Shown here in pieces: positions 26,787 to 32,000 of a DNA stretch of 32,000 nucleotides (positions are counted from its first letter, which is position 1; every line of letters starts with the position of its first letter). A program made the translations under genes and the position numbers. The notes beneath the pieces are model-generated. The model saw only the letters and a list, made by a program, of their open reading frames with translations. It searched no databases and was not told the DNA's origin. Source of the DNA: Candidatus Kuenenia stuttgartensis (lineage in GTDB: Bacteria; Planctomycetota; Brocadiia; Brocadiales; Brocadiaceae). Location: assembly GCF_900232105.1 (NCBI RefSeq), contig NZ_LT934425.1, forward strand, positions 3,090,001 through 3,122,000. The letters are read 5' to 3'.

Positions 26787-29337
26787 GCCAAACAAATATG
26801 ATTTTAGGAATTTGGCAATAAAATGGCTTTCTAAAAAACAGATTTATTTGACTAAGCATACTATACAAGCACGCCCCTTAATTCCCTCTTTACAGCCTGG
26901 GGATGACCCATATTTTTTGCTGGACACCGTGTTAACCGTATGTTACACTGTGTACATGCATAGAGTAGGAGGTCGAATATTTTCAGATGATGTAATAAAG
27001 CGTTTATCAGAAACTATCCAAAAGGAACCGTGCCTATCGCGTCGTAAACTGTCGCGTCTGGTATGTGAATGGATGGACTGGAGGAATCAAGCGGGCCGTT
27101 TGCAAGAGATGAGTTGTCGCAAGGCGTTGTTGGAATTGGATCGTCGTAAAGAGATCAATCTTCCAAAGGTTAACAGGCATTATGCATTTCAAAAAGTCAA
27201 TAAACCTGCGGAGGCGCCTCCGATTGCGGAAGTGTCATGCGAGCTAGCGGAGTTGGGGGACGTAGAGATTATACGGGTTACAACGAGAATCCATTCGAAA
27301 CTTTGGCGTAGCATGTTAGAAGCGCATCATTATCTTGGAAGTGGGCCCCTATGCGGGGCGCAACTTAGGTATCTTGTACGCAGTGAACATTACGGATGGA
27401 TAGGAGGGCTAAGTTATAGTGCCTGTGCCAGACGGGTGGAAAGTCGCGACGAGTGGATAGGATGGACGGAGGAAGCACGTAAGCGGAATCATACGTTTGT
27501 TATCAATAACAGTCGGTATTTAATAGCGCCTACGGTAAGAGTAAAATGTTTGGCATCGCATGTATTGGCAAAATGCCAAACACGTTTGGTAGATGATTGG
27601 GAAAGAGTGTATAAATATCGTCCTGTACTTTTAGAAACCTATGTGGAACGAGGACGGTTTTCCGGAAGCTGTTATCGGGCAGCTAACTGGAAGTATGTTG
27701 GAGGCACGGAAGGTCGAGGACGAAAAGGAACAGGTGCAACGGTCAAAGACGTTTATGTTATGCCGTTGCAAAAGAAATGGCAGGCGGTGTTGTGTTGTTG
27801 TGCCGATGGCAAAGTACATGTTCGCCAAAGAGTGGCACAAAAAGAGCCTCGGGATTGGATAGAGGCGGAACTTGGAGGAACAAAATTGGGCGATGCACGA
27901 TTGACATCAAGACTTTTAGAAATGACAGGTATGTTTTATGACAAACCTTTGGCAAACATTCCGCAGGCGTGCGGTTCAGTCAGTGCGACTAAGGCTGCAT
28001 ACCGATTCCTTGACAATGAGTATGTAGATTGGAGGGCGATATTGCAAGCTCATTATGAGGCCACGGAAGAGCGTGTGAAGGAGAATAGTTTGGTTTTGGT
28101 AGCGCAAGATACTACGACTCTGAATTATAGCACACATCCGAATACGCAGGGGTTAGGACCAATAGGTACTAAGAGTGAAAAAGTTCGTGGACTGATGGTG
28201 CATGATACGATGGCGTTTACTGAAAGTGGTACACCCTTGGGACTTCTGAATGTGCAATGCTGGGCGCGGGACGGAATAGGCAGCAAACATGAACGACACA
28301 AGAAGCCTATCGAAGAGAAGGAAAGCTGGAAATGGGTGGAGAGTTACCATGCAGTATCGCAAGTACAGAAACGCTGTCGAAACAAATCTTTGCTGGTGGT
28401 TGTGGCAGATCGTGAGGCCGATATTCACGAGGTATTCGCTGAGCAGTATAATACGCCTGATGGCGCTCAGTTGCTGATCCGTGCAGAACGTTCGCGCAAT
28501 AGAAAGGTTGTTGATGATAAAGAATCATGCGAGTTTTTGTGGACTAAACTGGAACAGCAACCGGTTATAGGTACCCGCGAAATATTGATACCTCCGAGTG
28601 AGAAACGCTCCGCACGTCAGGCAATACTTATGGTACGAACGATGCCTGTTACGCTACGCCCACCTATGCTAAAAAAGAATATGCCTGCGGTCAGGGTGTG
28701 GGCGGTGCTGGCGCAGGAAGTCAATGCGCCTATAGGAATTGATGGGTTAGAATGGATGCTGTTAACCACAGTTGCGGTTAAGCATGAAAAAGATGCTTAC
28801 GAACGTTTGGAATGGTATGCTCGCCGATGGGGTATTGAGTGTTATCATCGTATTATCAAGAGCGGTTGTCGTGTCGAGGCCCGGCAGTTGGAGAGTGCTC
28901 GTCGTCTATGCAACGCTTTGGCCATTGATATGATTATAGCTTGGCGTATCCATTACCTGACTACTTTAGGACAAGAAACACCTGATGTCCCTTGTACTGT
29001 CTACTTCAGCGATTCTGAATGGAAAGCATTGACAACTTTTGCGAACAAGGTCAAGGAGCCTCCTGATTTACCTCCAAGCCTCAATGATGCCGTGCGGCTT
29101 TTAGGTAAACTTGGCGGTCATCTGGGCCGCCGTGGTGATGGCCATCCCGGAAGTGAAGTACTTTGGCGAGGCATGTCACGTTTGGCTGATATTGAAGTTG
29201 CTTACGAACTTTACACCACTTAGCCTTCAGCTCAATTGGCCGTACAACTACGGTGCTATTGAAATTTGTGGGTAAAGATTAGCTTTACAGCTGGGGACTG
29301 GGAGGTGTAAATTTTTCGAAAACCTTATTTGTTTGAC
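26787..29337 (+). mobile_element. IS4-family-like insertion element encoding a DruA-transposase fusion, 2551 bp
   Basis: Left end gccaaacaaatatgattttaggaattt; right end reverse complement gtcaaacaaataaggttttcgaaaaattt; flanked by a possible 4-bp duplication tata (26783..26786, 29338..29341). Confidence 0.8.
26812..29223 (+). CDS. DUF4338 (DruA-like) + IS4/Tn5-type DDE transposase fusion
   Basis: N-terminal half homologous to 15253..16068; C-terminal half ELGGTKLGDARLTSRLLEM, LVAQDTTTLNYSTHP (D), VVADREADIHEVF (D), YARRWGIECYHRIIKSGCR (YREK-like, E). Start uncertain: ATG 26812 or 26956. Confidence 0.88.
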   Translation: MAIKWLSKKQIYLTKHTIQARPLIPSLQPGDDPYFLLDTVLTVCYTVYMHRVGGRIFSDDVIKRLSETIQKEPCLSRRKLSRLVCEWMDWRNQAGRLQEMSCRKALLELDRRKEINLPKVNRHYAFQKVNKPAEAPPIAEVSCELAELGDVEIIRVTTRIHSKLWRSMLEAHHYLGSGPLCGAQLRYLVRSEHYGWIGGLSYSACARRVESRDEWIGWTEEARKRNHTFVINNSRYLIAPTVRVKCLASHVLAKCQTRLVDDWERVYKYRPVLLETYVERGRFSGSCYRAANWKYVGGTEGRGRKGTGATVKDVYVMPLQKKWQAVLCCCADGKVHVRQRVAQKEPRDWIEAELGGTKLGDARLTSRLLEMTGMFYDKPLANIPQACGSVSATKAAYRFLDNEYVDWRAILQAHYEATEERVKENSLVLVAQDTTTLNYSTHPNTQGLGPIGTKSEKVRGLMVHDTMAFTESGTPLGLLNVQCWARDGIGSKHERHKKPIEEKESWKWVESYHAVSQVQKRCRNKSLLVVVADREADIHEVFAEQYNTPDGAQLLIRAERSRNRKVVDDKESCEFLWTKLEQQPVIGTREILIPPSEKRSARQAILMVRTMPVTLRPPMLKKNMPAVRVWAVLAQEVNAPIGIDGLEWMLLTTVAVKHEKDAYERLEWYARRWGIECYHRIIKSGCRVEARQLESARRLCNALAIDMIIAWRIHYLTTLGQETPDVPCTVYFSDSEWKALTTFANKVKEPPDLPPSLNDAVRLLGKLGGHLGRRGDGHPGSEVLWRGMSRLADIEVAYELYTT

Positions 29338-29367
29338 TATATTTCAATGTCCTTCTTCAGTCGTTCC

Positions 29368-29664
29368 CTATCCGTAAACAAGTTCCCCTTCCTTTATTGT
29401 TTTTCCCTTTAAACTTTCAAAGGCATCTTCAAATGGAATAAGATTAATTTCGACACCGGGGGGCAGGAGGTTGTTCAATTCCGACAGCGCTTTTATATAA
29501 AACTCAGAAGGCAACCCTTCGGCAACCAAATCAATATCATACCTTTCATGGACAATACCATCTACAAGCGATCCTATAAGGAAGACTTTTTTAAACTGAT
29601 ATTTGTTAATGAGTATTGCAATACATTTATTTGCCAATAATTTTAATTCTTCTTTTTTACGCAT
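29368..29664 (-). CDS. MNT-family minimal nucleotidyltransferase
   Basis: 98 aa; KKVFLIGSLVDGIVHERYDIDLVAEG matches the GSxxxGxxxxxSDxDL pattern, although the first part reads GSLVDG...YDIDL. Confidence 0.82.
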   Translation of the reverse strand: MRKKEELKLLANKCIAILINKYQFKKVFLIGSLVDGIVHERYDIDLVAEGLPSEFYIKALSELNNLLPPGVEINLIPFEDAFESLKGKTIKEGELVYG

Positions 29665-29754
29665 TGAGTTCGTTATGGCAATAGAAAAGTGTAATTAGAA
29701 GGACAATTCATGAAGAAACACCGTTCTTTATATCCGTGATAAGAATACTTTCTG

Positions 29755-31779
29755 CTAATCATCCATAACCTTCTGCGCAGCAACCATAGGTTCTCCATAA
29801 AATATCGGGTCCACTCTTTCTACAACATCCGCCGGTACATCAAAGAAGTGGCGTTTGTTTTCTATGGGAATACAAGCCCTTCTTGCTCCGTTATCCATAC
29901 CTACTTGCAGTGGCTCATTCAAAGACGGTAAAGGCTTAATATTGCCCTGAATACTTAAGTCTCCGAGCACCAATGTTGCCGACCTTAATGGTCGTTTTTT
30001 CAAGGCAGAATACATTGCAACAAAGAAGGCAACGCCTATCTGACAATCAATATTTGTATTTAGTAAGTCTACACCTTCCACATGAAAATCTGTTGTATCT
30101 ATATCTCTTCCAATTCCGAACTCAACTTTATGGCTTTTAAGATAATCAAAAGCCCTTGATAGGGAGTCTTTCATCGACTTGCTCAGTCCTCCTGAACTTT
30201 TTAGCTTTCCCGTACCGGCCGATATACCTACCTCTATTCGATAGAGTGCTGCTCTACCATCAGTGCCGACAAATGTCGTATATGCGCTTCCCGGTGGTAA
30301 CGGATCTGTGGAGATAAGATCACGTCCCCCTTCTTCTGGAACACCGACAAACCGCTCTTCCCGTATCTCCTGATCGATATATGAAAAGCTGGTATGGCTA
30401 TACTCATAAGAGAGCATTTTCTTCAATTGCTCTTTTACCCGACGCCTGCATTCCAATGCAATTTTCAGGTACTCTTCTAATTCTTCTTTAATGAATTCCC
30501 CGTTAGGGTGTAGCAGTTTAAGAAAGCCTGATACTGTCTTTCGTACAGCTTTGGAATCTCTGGCATTAAGGTGGGTTCCCAGAGCGAAGTATTTATCAAC
30601 GGATTCTGTGAAATTCGCCTTGCGGAGTTCTCTGAACGCTTCAGCGAGGTAATCAACCACAAAGCCATAGTGATCAGTGAACATCTCCGCGGACATCTTT
30701 GCTATTTCCCACCCTGGAAGATAGAAATGCAATCTATCTATTAAGGCCGGATCTTTGAGTCCGTCAGGAAATGGTTGAAATAGATGGCTCGATTTGACTA
30801 GAATGTCAACTGGCTGATTAATGTTTCCTAACATACAAACACTTGCTTTTGCAGATATCTCTTCCCGGCCACGACTGAAAGAGCCAGATTCAAGATAATC
30901 CTTCATGATATCCACGACATAGTTATCATCAAGGTTAATCCCGCCTACCTCATCAAACGCAACCACATCCCAAAGTCCTACCAACCCAACCTTTCTGGTG
31001 CTCATGTTGTAAAACATGTTTGCTACCGTTGTTTTTCCGCCACTAATTAAAATGGCATAGGGTGTTGTCTCTCTGTATACAAAGGACTTCCCTGTACCTC
31101 GTGGCCCTAATTCAACAAAATTATAGTTTGTTTCGACCATCGGGATGAGTCTTGATAAGTAGAGCCGCTTAATACGTTTGTCCATTCCCGCTGGTTCCAG
31201 GCCTATAGAACGAATCAGAAGATCAATCCATTCTTCTGTTGTGAACCCGGAACGCCCAGCCAGATACTCATTGTGATCATACGAAGCAAGCTGAATCGGA
31301 TTAATTTTCGTTATCCAGAAAGGACTTCTTTTACCCCTCTGTTCCTCATCGTAGCGATAAATCATTTCAACCTGTGCCCAGATACCGCCTTCAAGAAGCC
31401 GTTCATATTGTTTTACAAAGTTATCTGGAATATGGATTTGAGTATTGCTGAAATTCACAAGCTCTGCCCAGTATTTATCCTCGCTGGCGAGAAGCCGGAC
31501 TTTTACCTTATCAATGAAGGTGTAGCTCCCCTTCTCTTTTACCCATGATTGTGCCTTATTAGCTTCATCTGGATTAATGAAGTTTTTTGCCAGAGTATTA
31601 TTAACCAGGCGTAGCCCTGACTCAATTGCCTGTGTGTCGTCTGTTGCGCAGTATTTTCCCAGCAAAAACTCAAGCACATAGACAGGCACATTCGCGCCAA
31701 CCTTCACCTTCCTTACGAGGTCTTTGCGAACAACTTTACCTCCAAAAAACTCATTTGTTTTTTTGTCAAGGATTGCCAT
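29755..31779 (-). CDS. brxL: BREX system Lon-like AAA+ protein BrxL
   Basis: 674 aa; Walker A ELGPRGTGKS, Walker B LWDVVAFDEVGG, NKxFxGxVVRKDL N-terminus, Lon-like C-terminal domain (SATLVLGDLSIQGNIKPL). Confidence 0.9.
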   Translation of the reverse strand: MAILDKKTNEFFGGKVVRKDLVRKVKVGANVPVYVLEFLLGKYCATDDTQAIESGLRLVNNTLAKNFINPDEANKAQSWVKEKGSYTFIDKVKVRLLASEDKYWAELVNFSNTQIHIPDNFVKQYERLLEGGIWAQVEMIYRYDEEQRGKRSPFWITKINPIQLASYDHNEYLAGRSGFTTEEWIDLLIRSIGLEPAGMDKRIKRLYLSRLIPMVETNYNFVELGPRGTGKSFVYRETTPYAILISGGKTTVANMFYNMSTRKVGLVGLWDVVAFDEVGGINLDDNYVVDIMKDYLESGSFSRGREEISAKASVCMLGNINQPVDILVKSSHLFQPFPDGLKDPALIDRLHFYLPGWEIAKMSAEMFTDHYGFVVDYLAEAFRELRKANFTESVDKYFALGTHLNARDSKAVRKTVSGFLKLLHPNGEFIKEELEEYLKIALECRRRVKEQLKKMLSYEYSHTSFSYIDQEIREERFVGVPEEGGRDLISTDPLPPGSAYTTFVGTDGRAALYRIEVGISAGTGKLKSSGGLSKSMKDSLSRAFDYLKSHKVEFGIGRDIDTTDFHVEGVDLLNTNIDCQIGVAFFVAMYSALKKRPLRSATLVLGDLSIQGNIKPLPSLNEPLQVGMDNGARRACIPIENKRHFFDVPADVVERVDPIFYGEPMVAAQKVMDD

Positions 31780-31790
31780 GTGTATTCCCT

Positions 31791-32000
31791 CTAAATAATT
31801 AGGTTGACTACTATATTTTCTAGCCGCGCAAGTTCCACCAATGTTTCAGCATCCACTAAAACCAAATATAGAACATTCTGAGCAGGTTCTCCCGTAAGCA
31901 TTATTGTCACGAGGTTTGGTTTGTTCTGTTCCAAAATGATGTCCTTTGTTCCATCTTCGTATCCATATACTGCATGAACTGCCTCACCTACATCATTCTT
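31791..32000 (-). CDS. 3' end of a gene upstream of brxL, truncated by window edge (identity not assigned)
   Basis: Open on the minus strand from 32000: KNDVGEAVHAVYGYEDGTKDIILEQNKPNLVTIMLTGEPAQNVLYLVLVDAETLVELARLENIVVNLII*; ends 11 bp before the brxL start codon, so probably the same operon. Confidence 0.6.
   Translation of the reverse strand, partial: KNDVGEAVHAVYGYEDGTKDIILEQNKPNLVTIMLTGEPAQNVLYLVLVDAETLVELARLENIVVNLII

Larger units (their letters stand above)
26554..29381 (-). pseudogene. HepT-like HEPN protein, split by the DruA-IS4 element
   Basis: C-terminal part from ~26786 down: YNSKICKRIIQEMEELIRELPENPGSIETRAAGSILHDFYCGIEKIFERIAIAVDKNWPEGEGWHKQLQ. N-terminal part 29381..29338 (TTG start): LFTDRERLKKDIEI. 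Joining them with one tata copy gives ...RERLKKDIEIYNSKICKRI... in frame. Confidence 0.8.

Noticed and set aside
26880-26905. ctttacagcctggggatgacc and ctttacagctggggactggg (29283..) as possible element ends
   Set aside because: They are in direct, not inverted, orientation and internal to the better supported inverted repeats at 26787 and 29337.

Overview
The gene content looks like an anammox-planctomycete-type chromosome (Brocadia/Kuenenia-like; this is inference from gene content and repeats only). About 0-22 kb is ordinary housekeeping and metabolic sequence: rdgB (partial), pyruvate:ferredoxin oxidoreductase subunits porB and porA, rubrerythrin, pcm, an RluA-family pseudouridine synthase, acsA, an FmdE-like protein, a PpiC-type PPIase, a GAF-GGDEF-PilZ protein, a nitrilase-family amidohydrolase, a nucleoside phosphorylase and a class III cyclase. 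About 23-32 kb is a more AT-rich accessory/defence-like region. It holds a fragmented RelE/ParE-type toxin-antitoxin pair, a two-gene cassette (a protein with an ApeA-like HEPN C-terminus plus a DUF6602-like putative nuclease), a 3' tRNA-Pro(GGG) fragment resembling an att scar, a HEPN/MNT pair split by a transposon encoding a DruA(DUF4338)-IS4 transposase fusion, and brxL at the visible edge of a probable BREX locus. Several mobile insertions can be resolved to the base because removing them restores a reading frame: an IS66-family element in porB with 8-bp TSD gacaaaag, a 153-bp MITE in a toxin gene with 8-bp TSD ttgtttaa, and a DruA-IS4 element in a HEPN gene. The best candidate for an undescribed system is the HEPN + DUF6602-like cassette at 24.06-26.30 kb.
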